From NCBI GenBank assembly GCA_000708835.1, contig DF237016.1, positions 62,001-126,000 on the forward strand: DNA of 64,000 bases, in the 5' to 3' direction. How positions within the stretch are numbered: the first letter of the stretch is position 1; the number at the start of each line of letters is the position of its first letter. This DNA comes from Klebsormidium nitens. Its lineage: Eukaryota; Plantae; Klebsormidiophyceae. Under the pieces are notes generated by a model. That model was given only the letters and a program-made list of their open reading frames with translations. It searched no databases and was not told where the DNA came from. This document shows, piece by piece, positions 12,901-25,940 of this stretch. The position numbers and the translations under genes were made by a program.

Positions 12901-15815
12901 TTCCACGTTGTATCTCATCCTTCTTCACCCTGCAGTGTCGTCCACACTCTGAGCACGGACTTCCGCTCCGCCACGCGGCTAGTGTCAGAACCCATGCCGC
13001 GTCCTGCCAAGGGGACCATCCTGATGCGACACGTCTACGCCGGCATCAACGCAAGCGACGTAAGGGCTGGAAACATTTCTTGCTCCCGTTCGCTCCGAGT
13101 AGCCGGTCACGGAATCTGTTGATAATCCGATAAATCTGTGCTTAAAAGCTCAGTCCTCGTTGATACTTTCTTAGGAGTTGTACTTGGGCATGTCCCATAA
13201 TCGTGCTTGGTCTCTCAAGCTCTCAGCTGGCACTCCCTTTCATCCCAAGTTCATTCGCACTGCGTCTCCACTTAATATTTCCTACAGGTTCGGCCCAGCC
13301 CTGTGACTGCAACATGTGCTCAGACTGTGTTTCCGCACCTCCTCACCTAAGCTAATCCACCATACTTCAACTTTCTTTCTGACCACTTCACGAAGTATTG
13401 TTAGTGAGCATTAACCTACCCATGTTTAGCGCTTTCATTTCCGCTCTACTGCAGATCAACATGAGCGCCGGGCGTTACTTTGGCAGCCACGAGAACGCGC
13501 TCAAGATGCTGCCGTTCGCTGCCGGTTTCGAAGCCGTTGGAGAAGTCGTCGCGGTCGGGGAAGGCGTCAAGGACTTCGCCGTGGGCGCGCCGGTGGCCAC
13601 GCTCTCGTACGGCGGCTTCGCAGAGTACTCACAGGTGAGGCTTTCTTCCTCGAACGATTCATACGAGTAGCCGTGGCTTCTGTTCTTGTGTCTCTCGCGA
13701 AAACGGAGGTCAAGCGGCGGCTCTGCCGTTTCAGATGCTGGCTGACACTTGAAGCAGCTCACTAGTTGCGGTCGTTGACAGCGACAAATTTTTCGCAACA
13801 AGCGTCGGAATCTGCAATACATGCTCTGTGCAGTTTAGCACCGCTGTCTCTTTCAGTTCCCGCGGGAAGGTCGAGGGTGAACAAACCTGCAAAGTGTGCC
13901 TTCCTCAGTTTCATGGAAGCATGCTTGGGTTGCCAGTCCCTGGGTTTGCCATTCGACGAGCTTCTGTAGATGAAGTCAATGATGAACGAAGGCGGTGCAA
14001 TTGAAACGAACGTGGATGATCCTGCGCAGGTGGATGCAAAGGTAGCCATCGCCGTGCCGGAGATCTCTCCAGAGTTGGTTGCCATGCTGACGTCAGGTCT
14101 GACGGCTTCCCTTGGACTCGAACAGGTGGGCCTTTCGTTCGAACTCTCGGGTATTCCGGATTTAGGTCCTTCCGAACAACAAGGAGCGCCTCAGCGGTGT
14201 AATTGTGATGCAACCGTCACTGTTTGCGATTTCTCGAATGGCTGCCTTGCCGGCAAAGGATCACAGGCTTCCACTTACCGCGCACACGTCACTGAAGATT
14301 CCATAAGCAACCATACGCTGGCCTGCTTTCTTTGCCTCGTTCTGCGTCAAGTCTTACCGTTCTTCGTCAGGGCAAAATGGGCACCGGCGAGACGGTTCTG
14401 GTCACGGCGGCTGCGGGCGGCACCGGCCAGTTTGCGGTCCAGCTGGCGAAGCTGGCGGGGAACACCGTGGTCGCGACGTGCGGGGGCGCGGAGAAAGCGG
14501 CCCTCTTGCGGAGCCTGGGGGTGGACCGCGTGATCGACTACCGGACAGAGGACGTCGGACAGGTGCGGAAGTTTTGGATAAGAACGCTTTGGACGGCCAT
14601 AAAGTCGTTGCATTGCCGTGGAGGGACGCAAGGTTTATGGAGGTTAGGAGTTGGTGCTAGCGGTCTCGGGCTCTGCAATGGTTCGAAACGACGTTCGGGA
14701 CAATCCGCTAACGCATCTGCGCTCAACATTTGAGCTTCCAATTTTCTACTAGCATCCTCTGGCGAGCACGCTTGCGCGAACGCGCGAAAAAAATTCATGC
14801 CATCAGCCTCGGCAAACATTGACTCAAGTAACCCCCGTCGTAATCCGTGCCCGCTTTCAGCTCATACAAACCCCTTTCAGGGACTCCAGATTTTTTCCTA
14901 CTCATTGAATTCTTTGACCCGCACCGCAGGTGCTCAAGACGGAGTTCCAACAAGGTATGGACGTCATCTACGAGTCGGTGGGCGGCAAGATGTTCTCCAC
15001 GTGCGTCAACGCGCTTGCGCGCGGCGGCCGCCTCGTCGTCATCGGGATGATGTCACAGTACACGGCTGACGCCAGCAAGGGCTGGGCGCCCTCGCAGCAG
15101 ACGGGCCTCCCGGAGAAGCTGCTGTGGAAGTCGCAGCAGCTCATCGGCTTCTTCTTGGTGCACCACACGCGGGACTACCGCAAGCACCTCGCCAAGCTGA
15201 GCAACCTGCACCGAAGCGGGCACCTCAAGGTGGGCGGAGTTTGCGAATGTCAGGGTTTTGGCGCTTTCCGGGTGCTGGGAGTTTTGCAGACAGCTCGAAC
15301 ATTTGGGAATTGAACCGTGCTATGAATGTTTGCTTAACTTGAATAGGCGAGGCGGTTCTTGGTGCTGCTCAGCGCTCCGCCTTTTCTTCCTAGGAGGCCT
15401 CTTTCTTAGCAGTACAGAGGACCCTCGCGATGCAAGAGCGGATGTCCTGGGTTATTTGAGCTGAGGAGGAAAGGCCTGCTCAAACCGAAATTGTGTTGTC
15501 TGTTTGGATTTTGATTCTATACATGAGGAACCATGGATTCCAGCGGGTCTGTTTGAGAGTTCGTCAAGACTGCTTTCCTTTCAACAACTGTCATCCGCTT
15601 GAACCGCTCTGTGATTCGCGGTCTGTTGCTTTAAAGAGTCTAGCGTTCGCCTCATTGTGACACGTGTCCCGTCTATGCAGGTGGCGATCGACCCCGTGCA
15701 GTTCCGGGGCCTCGAGTCCGTGCCGGATGCAGTGGATCACCTACAAGCGGGGAAGAGCTTGGGCAAGGTCGTTGTCACGATTGCGAAGAATGCGCAGCGG
15801 AGTTCAAAGCTGTAA
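9932..15815 (+). CDS. Bi-domain oxidoreductase: N-terminal short-chain dehydrogenase (HPGD-like) + C-terminal MDR/ZADH2(PTGR3)-like quinone oxidoreductase, with a PTS1 signal (plant NQR/ARP-type)
   Basis: SDR motifs TGAGSGIGR, INNAG and YAASK. MDR motifs YAGINASD, AGFEAVGEV, LTSGLTA, VTAAAGGTGQFAVQLA and YESVGG. The C-terminus is ...SSKL* (TAA at 15813-15815). Exons are canonical GT-AG. Confidence 0.92.
11649..11822 (+). other. Duplicated exon A (174 nt, phase 1-1) of the SDR domain; putative mutually exclusive exon
   Basis: cag|GC...G|gtgag boundaries; encodes GVVQFTRSLAHFSKKGMRVNALCPLYIQTPM...GGYIPMQTVID. Confidence 0.8.
11874..12047 (+). other. Duplicated exon B (174 nt, phase 1-1) of the SDR domain; putative mutually exclusive exon
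   Basis: cag|GG...G|gtacgg boundaries; encodes GVVQLTRSLGHFKRKGVRVNALCPEFIDTAL...GGFIPMSVVVE. Same length and phase as exon A, with 51 nt between them. Confidence 0.8.
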
Positions 15816-17074
15816 AACACTCCTGCGGAAGGCGTCGCACTTGAGAGATCAGCTACGTGCCAGTTTGTACCATACTCGTTATCGAGGTCAAGGCACAAGT
15901 TTTGACAAGAGGTATTTCGCAAGCATATGGCACACGAGTAACCAGAGGACTAACTTTGCCCCCGAACACTGTCAAATAGACTCCAATTTGAAAAGGCCTC
16001 GGCTTGGTTTGAATGCAACGGGTCGTGCGAGTCTAGCCGGCTTGAACGGAAATTTCAACCTGACGGTCATACGCACGGCCTGCATGAGGTTAAAGAATGT
16101 GGCAGAGGAACATTCATTTAGTGGTGGCATGTGCAATATGCCACCTGCTTAGGATGATCCGGCATTCATATGTGCGAATGATCGATCGATCTACTCGATC
16201 AGCGCAAACCAAGTCGTGCAGGCGGGCGCCGCTGCGTGCATACTAGTATACGCAGAACGTACGCGGCCGCGCTGCCTTTCCATTCGATAGTGTTATTTGC
16301 GTATAGTGCCGGATCATAGACAGCTGGCTAGTTATGTCCTTCGCTTATCACATATAGCTTGGCGCGCGCACCTGGCGCTCTGCGAAAAATACAAAAGTGT
16401 CCATGATGCCCGGGCCGAGGCGATCATTCAGTGGCATGCATGCCACACATTGCGCAGCTGCAATCCAGCATGTTGCCGGGGCCATGCTTGACTTTAGGGT
16501 TCTGAAGAGAGCTGACTTCTGTCCCGGTTTGAGTGAAGGGATCGGGAAGCCGCGAGGACACGTAGAAGGTTTGCGAAGCCTGGCTCGCTGGGTCGACTTA
16601 CAGGAACGTCATGGTAGAGATGCGATCGAAGTGAAGGGACTCAGGTGTTTACAAGAACGGCTCCCTTCCATAATGTCTATCAAAGACGGCACCGTCCAAC
16701 ATTTCAAAGCATATGGGAAGAATCTGGATTCAATCCGACGGAACGCTCTCAACGTCTTGCAATAACAAGACAATGCACAACAGCTTAGGAGAAACTCTTG
16801 AGACCCCTACATTTCTGCTTCTGGCTTGGACTGGTTCTCGTCGCAACACTGCGCAATCACCTCACCCCAATGACTGTCCGCCGCGCTTACATGGAGGACC
16901 AGATGCTATCCGGCCCCGATAGCGAACGTTTTCCCGGCCAGGGCTCCATAAGCCACGGACCTTATGAAGTTCTTCACAAGCTCGTTGCTTCCAAGCAACC
17001 GTTCCCATCCATATTTAAGCTCTTGTAGTCCTTCTTGAACGTTCCCTTTCGCCTTTTGTTCGCAAATGCCTCTC

Positions 17075-17374
17075 TTACCGAAGTACGACGACCGTGAACG
17101 TCGTGACCGTTGACGCCACCAGCAGGCTAACGATCAACGTGACGACCGCCTCTTCCAACGGTCCTCCTGGCCGATACTTTCCCAGGGGCACGTACACAGC
17201 GTCGTGAACCGGGCCGAGAAGCAAGCTGGCGCACCCCGGGCCGCGCGCGCACCAGGGCGCGCGCGCTCTGGGCACCAATTCCCTATTGATTGCAGCCACG
17301 TAGGAGAAGAGAAGAACGAAGACCAGGGTCTTGGTCAGCAGCAAGTCTCGCAGGAGGGGCCAGTAAGAGTGCAT
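17075..17374 (-). CDS. Small two-TM protein, paralog 1 of a tandem trio (unknown family)
   Basis: Intronless 99-aa ORF MHSYWPLLRDLLL...ARAPWCARGPGCASLLLGP..VYVPLGKYR.GG, clearly similar to the ORFs at 18733 and 20380. Confidence 0.65.
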   Translation of the reverse strand: MHSYWPLLRDLLLTKTLVFVLLFSYVAAINRELVPRARAPWCARGPGCASLLLGPVHDAVYVPLGKYRPGGPLEEAVVTLIVSLLVASTVTTFTVVVLR

Positions 17375-18414
17375 CGTGTCCTGACGACCAACTAAGGAAA
17401 GCAGGAAGGCAGACGCGCTGTCCACTAAAGGACCATCCAGAAACGAAGAGTTTGACGCCATCCTTCCGACTAGGAGGGTGGCAAGTTGACAAGCGAAGGG
17501 ATGCATGTGTCCTGGACTGAAGCACCCTGTAAGCAGAGTGGGTCCGACGGCTCTCTCGAAGTGGCGACTCCGGTCTGGAAAATAGTGATTGAAACGTTTC
17601 GGCAAACTTCGAGGCAGCGCACGCTTGGAGGGTGGGCTCGAGCGCCTCGGTCGATCTTGAACGATACGCGCAAACACGCAGACTGTTTCATTGAAGGTTC
17701 TTGTGCTCTAGATCTGTGAATTAGATCGCAAACAACAGTGCGGCCCACCCGACAAAAGTACTCCTCTCGGGAGAAGTAAACTTTTTCATGGCAGGATAAT
17801 TGGAAAAATGCTTCCAATAGGGAATAAAAAGCCAGAGCTTGAAGCAAATCTGGTCACGGACAGGGTATTCATCCATGTTGCACGCCAAGCTTGATGATTA
17901 CGTTGCCGGGCTTCTGGATAAGCGCCTCGCTGCTAATGAGCCGTGTGCAATTCTGAATGGGTGGAGAACCAATGACAAAACATGCCCGTTGCATCCGATT
18001 CGCGTTGCGGATCCATGACTTCCTCAAAATGAATTCACAGGGTGTGTGCGCATTGTATGTGATCGCAAACCAGGCCACAAGCTACCAGCTTTGACAAAGC
18101 GTCACTTTGAACCGTCAAATCAGAGTCAAATGACGAGGCGTCATTATGCTATTGACGAGACTCCGCCTCGCACAGAAGTAGCACAGTGAAGTCTCCCATG
18201 AAGCGCATGAGTGCATTGCCAGCCAAAAATGTTTGAGATTCAGGAGAGCGAGTCCGATAAACCGCCCAATGCCTTGAATTACGTCATGGCTTTTGGATTG
18301 AATTAATATCTAGCGGCCTGGAACGACCTTATTGTGAACGCAGATGGAAGGAGAGCAGTTTGCTTCGCTCAGATTATTCTGGAATACTCCATTGACGAGC
18401 TTGTTTCCAGGGCT

Positions 18415-18483
18415 AGAACATATTGCTAAAGGATGATGCGTAATGGTCCAGAACATATTGCTAAAGGATGATGCGTAATGGTC
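18415..18483. repeat. Perfect 34-bp tandem duplication (period 35)
   Basis: agaacatattgctaaaggatgatgcgtaatggtc at 18415-18448 and 18450-18483. Confidence 0.9.
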
Positions 18484-18732
18484 AAAGTATCTGGAATTTC
18501 AAGAAGTCTATCAAGTGCTTCATGCTTCAGAACCATACTGGCTCGACTATGATCGTCCAACCGCTCCAATCTACCGGCCCAAGGCCTGCTATTGCTCCGT
18601 GAAGGCTTTAGAACGTCTTCGAAACAGGAACTCTAGGACCTCTCCTCTACAGACTTCCCTCCCAAAGGCCCCACTTGGGCGCCCAAAGATGTAATCCCCT
18701 CTTCTTGATTTCACTCAAACCAAGCAACCGCT

Positions 18733-19011
18733 TTACCCCAAAAGCGCCATGAACTTCGACGTCAGCGAATACACCAGCACGCTAACCAACAGCCCAACTG
18801 CCATCTCCCCCACTGACGCTCCTCCGCGTCGCAGCTTCTCCAGCGGCACTTGTAGAGCGCCGTGCGGCGGGCCCAGGATCAGGCTGACGCACCCCCTGCC
18901 GCGCGCGCACCAGGGCGCGCGCGCTGTGGACTTCGTCTCTTGGCTGATGGCGGCCGCGTAGGAGAGGAGCAGGTGGGCGACCATGATGAAAAAGAGCAGC
19001 AACTCAAGCAC
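18733..19011 (-). CDS. Small two-TM protein, paralog 2 (start codon uncertain)
   Basis: Contains ARAPWCARGRGCVSLILGP..LQVPLEKLRRGG. Homology extends upstream (SFWQTVLELLL) without an in-frame ATG; the nearest ATG is at 18984. Confidence 0.6.
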   Translation of the reverse strand: MLELLLFFIMVAHLLLSYAAAISQETKSTARAPWCARGRGCVSLILGPPHGALQVPLEKLRRGGASVGEMAVGLLVSVLVYSLTSKFMALLG

Positions 19012-20379
19012 AGTCTGCCAGAAGCTGATTCGGGCATCGGGGCGCGCTCAAGGATTACAAACACCAGATTGCTGCTACTTCTCGTCGGAAAAAGATACAA
19101 AGGGGTGAATAACCTTTTGCCGGAAGGGGTGAATCAGAAGCAGAAGGGCCGAGACTGCTCTTCTTTCCCCACCCGGAATACATCTGGTTGCAGCAGATTG
19201 AGCCAAGAAGCGATACTTGATCGAAGCAATTTGAGGTGGGCAGAGAAAGAATCTCTCGAGCTTAGCTAGCTACGCTGCAAATCCATGTCGCTGGTGATCA
19301 ATTTGCAAGCAGTTTGTCAACTTCGAGACATCTGTTCTGAAGAAAAAGCGGCTCGGGCGCCTCGACTTCATCTTGAGTGACTCGCCCACACACAGCAGAT
19401 TCGAGACGCACAACTTGCATCTCATGTCTGTCCGCGAGCATAGATCACGAGTACGAGATAAGGACGAGGATGCTGTATTTGGCTCAACTAGTCCGACCAG
19501 CGGATAGCCTGAGCCGCTGGCGCACACGCTTCGCTCGGGATGCAAACAGCTTGGGATACTGCCGTGAAGCATGTGTCAATTAGCTTTACAGCAGCTGCAG
19601 CGGACAGCCATGTATGGGCACGCGAGTGTCAGAGATTCATGCTACAACGGAAGAGCCTTAAAAGTGGCAGCGTGGTGCAAAGGAAGCGTCCGATCATCCA
19701 AGCTGCCTCTGTCTTATTTATTATCGTTTCCTGAGGATTGTGGCACCCGCCTCTGTTAGATGACCTGACTAACACTGGATCTGGTTAGGAAGCTTCCCTA
19801 GAACGCTTTGACTTACAAATCGGAATGCTGGACAGAAGGTCCGGCTGGAACTTGGACATATTGTTCTCCAAACCTAGTTCTCCATGATGAGAAAGCTGAA
19901 CAGCTTGAGACAATTCCTCACGCTTCACGAGGCGAGTTAACGTCAGCGCCTGCACGTCCTCAAACCCGCGCGTGCTTCATCCTATGTATTCATGATTGAT
20001 AAGTCTCAGTTACTTGATTTACTCAACTAGTCGACCCGACCTACAGACAAGTATTTCTTGCGTCACCCAATGTACTAGTCCAGGCAAACTTCACATCGAC
20101 TTATCTGAACCAACATGACTGACTCCGTCTGTGAAGCACGATTTAACATCCCGTTTTCAATCTCATTTGGTCTCGAAAGCTCATTCTTCTGCGCTTATGG
20201 AACAAATGTCTGCCAGGAACTGTCCAGATGCCTTCTTGAAACGTGTTTGACCATTTTCCCCTGGCTAGCCTGTCTTGGCTTACAATCGCCCTGTTAACGT
20301 CTTTTTCAAACTCTAAAGGCAACTGAGATATCCTTTGCAATCCTACCTTTGCACCCTTTTTCAACTTTACCCATAAGAG

Positions 20380-20703
20380 TCAATACAGAAGGTCCGCTAT
20401 GACCGACACAAACGCCCCGACCAGCAAGTTCACCACAAAGTTGACCGCGATCTCTTTGCAGACGCCCCCTTGCCAGCGGTACTTTTCTAGGGGCACGTAC
20501 ACAACGCCCTCCCGTGGCCCCATCAGAAGGCTCACGCACCCCTCTCCGCACGCGCACCGCAGCGCGCCCGCGCCCGCAAGCACGCCCTCGTTGGCTGCCT
20601 GCAGCTTTGTGACGTAGGAGATGAGGAGGTGGTAGGACAGGCACGTGACCATGGCCATGGTGAGGAGCAGGCTCCGCAGCAGCTGCCAGTACGGGTGCAT
20701 CAT
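20380..20703 (-). CDS. Small two-TM protein, paralog 3
   Basis: 107-aa ORF MMHPYWQLLRSLLL...AGALRCACGEGCVSLLMGP..VYVPLEKYRWQGG. Confidence 0.65.
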   Translation of the reverse strand: MMHPYWQLLRSLLLTMAMVTCLSYHLLISYVTKLQAANEGVLAGAGALRCACGEGCVSLLMGPREGVVYVPLEKYRWQGGVCKEIAVNFVVNLLVGAFVSVIADLLY

Positions 20704-22746
20704 GACAGGGCCACCTTTAGCAGGTTGCTTCCGATCAGAGAACTCTGTGTGGTAGACGAGAGATAGAAGAACGCGCCTCTGCAGAAATAATGGAAGCTTT
20801 CGCTGGAAAAAAAGAGCTCTCAGTCTGGTTGGGAAGTAAGGGAGAGCGACAGAAGATTAGATTGCCTGAAGGTCTGAAGGGGGAACGCACCAACCTGTCC
20901 AGAACACTGTGACTGAAGTCCGGAGGTAGCGCAGCACATCTGGTTCTTGAGCCGGCTCTTCTTGGAACGCCTTCTTTCTCTGGCGCGCGGGAGGTGTACA
21001 GCTTGATACCCTGACCTTTGCCTCAAGGATGAATTTTCGCTAATGATACTCGACCACATCCAATTTTGCAAGCCCTATCTGCGGTCATGGCTCAGGTAGT
21101 CTAGATACTGTATTGAATTCAAAAAGTGCCGTGAACGCGTGAAAGGGCAGCCGAGTCCTGCCAGGATTGAATCAAAGATAGCTCACAAATTTCTGTGTTG
21201 AGGAATGTCCTTAGACACTAGTAACATACTCACAGAGGAACCAGGGAAAGATTGACTAGCTTCTTTTCATAGGAATCTAGATAGAGGAGCTTTTCGTTGA
21301 AATCTGCAATCAGCGTGCAAAGTATAAACGTGTAGCTTCGCTGAATCCAATTGTACCTCTGGTACTTGAACATATAGAGAGTTGAAACCCCAAATAGTTG
21401 TTTGGACTCTCCTCAAGTAATCGTATTCGAACGCTCCTATGGTTCGGTCTCAATCAGTTTCTCTCCTTCCGTTTCCTTCATGCGCGTCCTCATCGCGATA
21501 TGTTTCCAAATCACGAAACAATGCCAATATAAACCTTTAGGGTGACGTCTATGGAAAAGCACTACGTGAAAGTACGTCGCTTCGATCATTCGTTGCCAGA
21601 ACTTGCTCGAACCTTTTGAGCAACTGTGATACCGTACTGAATTGAGGGCTCATTTGCAGATGGGCATGTTAGGACGAATCAGAGTCGATCATCAGGTAAA
21701 GATGAGACGTCCACGGGAAATTAGCCCGCGGAGTCAAGTCATTGAAACTGGAGTATCAGATGGGCGCCTGGTTAAATGCAGCGTGTGAACCTGTTGATGG
21801 GTCTGCCCATCTCAGATGTTTTTTAGTTTGCGCTCGTATCTATTGGTCGTCGTCTCCAAGAAAACCTGATAAAAGCAAGTAATGCCGTTCTCGGATTTCA
21901 CGCTTTCCCGCGCTTAAGCCGTCTGATTGCCCACAGCCAGCATGTACGGTCAGTGTCCAATACAGTGATAACCGGAATAATAGAGCACCATTTACCCTTC
22001 TTCTACACGGCTCAAACTTGATTTTCCAAGTGGGCAATTGCGCAATTACGCTGTCTATGGATTACCGTTGGATTGTCACTACAAGTTGTGATATTGAAAG
22101 TTTCGCACCGGATCCACTCCGTCTAGCAGCTAATGTCACAGGGCAAGTGGTTACGTACGCGTTCATTAGTCAGCATAACATACCACCAAGATTGCAGAAT
22201 AGCAGCCCACCTTCCCACAAGTACCGGAGATGCACATTTTCAATCGAATTTAAAGAACGAAGACTCAACATTCTGGGTGGACAGTTGATCACTCTGATCG
22301 AACACTATCAACGATGTTGCCTAAGATAGTTCAGTTCTTTTAATAGGCTTCCTCTTCCAACTCGCAAATCACAGAATGGTCAATGTCGGTTGCTTGAAAT
22401 ACGGTATATGAATGGATGTGCCTAATTAATTTTCAAGAAAATTGGTCGTGCATACTAAAACAAGGAATGGTGGTCATTGGTAAACTCTGCGCTAATTTCA
22501 AATATTTCTCTCAACCTACTTAGACCCTCTTCGAGTTTATACCCTCTTCGAGTAAGAATTAGTCCTCTTCTTTTAAGCTGGCCGGTCAAGGCAACCAATG
22601 AATGTAGCAATAGAGAAAATCCAATTTTGGCCCTTGTTTTGACAACAATTAGTCTACTGTTATGAGAATTGAGCCGAATCGGCTAGGCTTCCGGATCTTA
22701 CAGTAATCTTATGTACAGGCTACAGAACGACTAACTATCCGCCTTT

Positions 22747-25700
22747 CTAAGAGCTTTTGACCTCCGCTCTCGGCTCCACTTCGATTAGGTCGCCTTTCGC
22801 ATCATAGCGAGCCCGGTCCCTCTCCATGAGGCGGTGCGTCGACCGGTGCGAACCGACCAGTTGGTCCCACCACGTAAAATAGAGGCTCTGTGCGCACACA
22901 AGAACATATTAATGACGCAATCCCAAGTGTTAACCTCTTGCCTGACCTGACAAGTACCAAAGACTAAAAGAAACGTTGCCTAATCGTAGGCTTAGTGCGA
23001 CTGAATATTTCCCGTTTTGAGTTCGCTATTTCGGGATTAAGGGGCACAGAGACAAAGTCAACTCTCAAGCATCTGACCACAGACAAGGCGACAGAATATG
23101 GTGGTGACCGCTCCGCTAACATCAGAGAATGTCTTCTGGTGACACTGGCATACCTACAACGCAATGGCTCCTACCCTTGGCAATCAAAGACGCCGACTCA
23201 AAAATCATCAAGTTCCTTTTGACCATTAGTCTAGGAAACACCAAAAGAAACAACAAAGGCCATACAGGAACTGCCCATCAACGCGCGAGAATGGCGAAGG
23301 GCGTACCTTATTGTAGCGCGGGTCTAGCTGCACATGAAAGAAAAAGACTGTCAGATAATGGACAAGAGTTGCTCCGGCGTATGACATGGCAGGATTCGAT
23401 TCTAATCTTCTGTCCAGAAGAAGAACTTCATGAACGACCGTTCCCAACGTCGTTCACTTACGTAAGCAGAGGAGAGCCTACGACGAAGTGTTCGCAAGAA
23501 AACCATTCGCGAGTCAAGTTCCTTGATTTTTGAAGCACCTGACTGGAGCCCACATGTCTTTCCATCTCAACACAACAGTCGACATCAAGCGCGAGCACCA
23601 GACGGTGTAATATCTCCTCGTCTAGTAGAAAACTAGGTCGGGGGGATTTCTACTCACGTGGTGCACGTAGTGGATCTGCGCGTTCTGGCTCCAGGGCGTC
23701 CCGAGGCTGCCCAGCGAGAGCGCCGTCGTGAGCCAGTGCGGCAGGTCATACCCGCAGTGGCCCACCATGTTGGCCGCATTCTCGCACGCGAAGTACCACA
23801 GCAGCGCCGCCGCGTTCCACATGGGCCGCTGCCAGTAGAGCCACGTCATCACGAAGCCGTGAAAGAAGCTGATGGTGGCCAGCAGGTCCGCCCACTCCAT
23901 GAAGCCCGTCGAGAAGACCGACAGGTCGCCGCCTGCACGAAGAAAAGTTGAAGATTGATGAACTGTGCGCGGCGACCAGAGAAAATTGGACAAGCGATGT
24001 AGCAAAGAATTTGTGGCGCAAGATGTAAGCGAGCCCGCTTCGTCCGGCCTCTGGCCCGTCAACAACTCGTTTACATTGGCGGCATTAATTGAATAACCTC
24101 GTCCTGCTTCTTCTCATATGTGGGCTGACTTCGAAGTATTGTTGTCTCGAAGGAGGATATGCGCCGTTGTTCTTCTACCCATAAGAGCAGATATGGTGCC
24201 AGGAATAAAAGTATCAGGAAGAGCCGTCCTTACCTGACTTGTGGTGCATATAGTGGAACCGCATGTAAATCGCCTTGTACTTGTGCATCATATAGTGCAC
24301 GGTAACTGCAAGCAGCCAGTGTAGTCTGATGAGTTGGAAGGACAACAAACTACTGAAGATCATGCACTGACATAGACGGCAGGAAAGAAGGATAGGGAAA
24401 CTTAGCGACATACAGAACTGAAGCAAAGAGAGCATCAGAACAACAGATCGTCTTGCAATTTTAGGTTTGTGAACAAAACGTTCTCACGATGTGGACCTCT
24501 CGACGCAAAGGCGAACGATATGGATCAAAGTTCAATCAACTGGGCGGTCAGACGGTTCGATCGAGACGAACGCTTTGATCGTCCTTTCGTCTCACATAAG
24601 CAGATCGACCGCAGGCGCCGCTATGAAATCCAGGTAAACTGGCGCCGACAAAAGACGAGGAACCAATAAGTTGCATTACTCACAGAACCACCAGTCGTGC
24701 AGGAACATGAAGGCCCACTGGAAGATGAGCATGCCCAGCGGATCGAAGTGGAAGCCAATCCGGTTCAGAAAGCCGGCGCGGTAGCGGGTGAGGAAGAAGC
24801 CGACGGGGACGTATGACAGGCTGACGCCCAGGAAGCTGCCAGTGCGGTAATGCAGCGCAAAGTCGACTGCAGAGAACATAGTGATACGCACTGTAAGTAA
24901 AAAGCATAGTGAGTGTAGGATACTCGAACGGTCTGGCAAATTTTACTCTCACGCGCATATACCACCACCACATTCCGAAGGCACCTTCGGAGTGACGCCA
25001 ACCAGCAGAACGCTCGGGGTTCAATCCTTTTGGAAGCATTGGCCATTGAAAGCACTTGCTTGTCCACAATTAAGGGTTATTGCAGAAACACTTAACTCTG
25101 CCAGTGAGCTTTCAACAACTGCTTGGGGATTTTTGTTTGGAAAAAGGAGTAGGAGATTAGTGTATGGTGAACCTCGGAATCACTATTCCAACGAGTTTGC
25201 AACCAGGTCGATTAGACTCCATAAACGTAACCGCGTGAATGCAGGCCAACTTGACTCTATTCTCTGATCAAACATGGCTTGAAAGCCTTCAAGAAGGCTG
25301 GTTTGCGGCTGAAATGAGGAGCGCTGTCTTACTGGCCCACAATGAACGTCCTTCTGAAAATACCGAGTAGAAGGAACCACTGGCGTAAGAAGGAACCAAA
25401 AGTGGCAGCCCAAAAAGCAGCTTCCAATGTCCTTGCTGAACCAAAAGGTCACAGTTAAAAAGGCCACAGTTGTCTGTTCCCCTTTGCTGGAGTGGAAGTT
25501 TCCATCTCCTTACCAATCAACAGACCTTAGGCCTCAGAAAAAGGACGCTCGAACCCAATGCAACAGTTTCGAACAATCTTCTTGGTAAGACCTCTCCAAG
25601 CAAAGTCAACCAGAAAGAACGATACAACGTGAGAAGCTGAGTGTTGATCTCAACCTCTCTTCAACAGCGCTCTGTGACCATAACACCCACCTGCTATTGA

Positions 25701-25940
25701 CGGGCAGATGCGTCGGATGATCTTCCTGTTTTCCAGCCCCTTGCAAATGGCGTACATGCTATGCTCCACCACAAAGTTGAAGACCCCAACTCCAAACCCA
25801 ATCACCAGCGCGCCCAAAATCTGGAAAGCCAGCTCCCTCCCAGGGGAAGAAGCAGGGGCGCCGAGCTTTTGGCATATGCCTCCGGCTAGCCTGTGTAGGA
25901 GCTCGCCTCTGCTTGCAGAGATGGTAACATTCCCCGCCAT
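22747..25940 (-). CDS. Fatty acid hydroxylase / sterol desaturase superfamily membrane protein
   Basis: Spliced exons give His boxes HYMMH, HYMHH and HYVHH, plus GHCGYD and YFTWWDQLVGS. ATG at 25940 (MAGNVTIS), TAG at 22747-22749. Includes a 21-nt exon at 23307-23327. Confidence 0.85.

Noticed and set aside
16297-17028. Protein-like + strand ORFs downstream of the oxidoreductase
   Set aside because: No recognisable motif, interrupted by stops, and no consistent splice structure.
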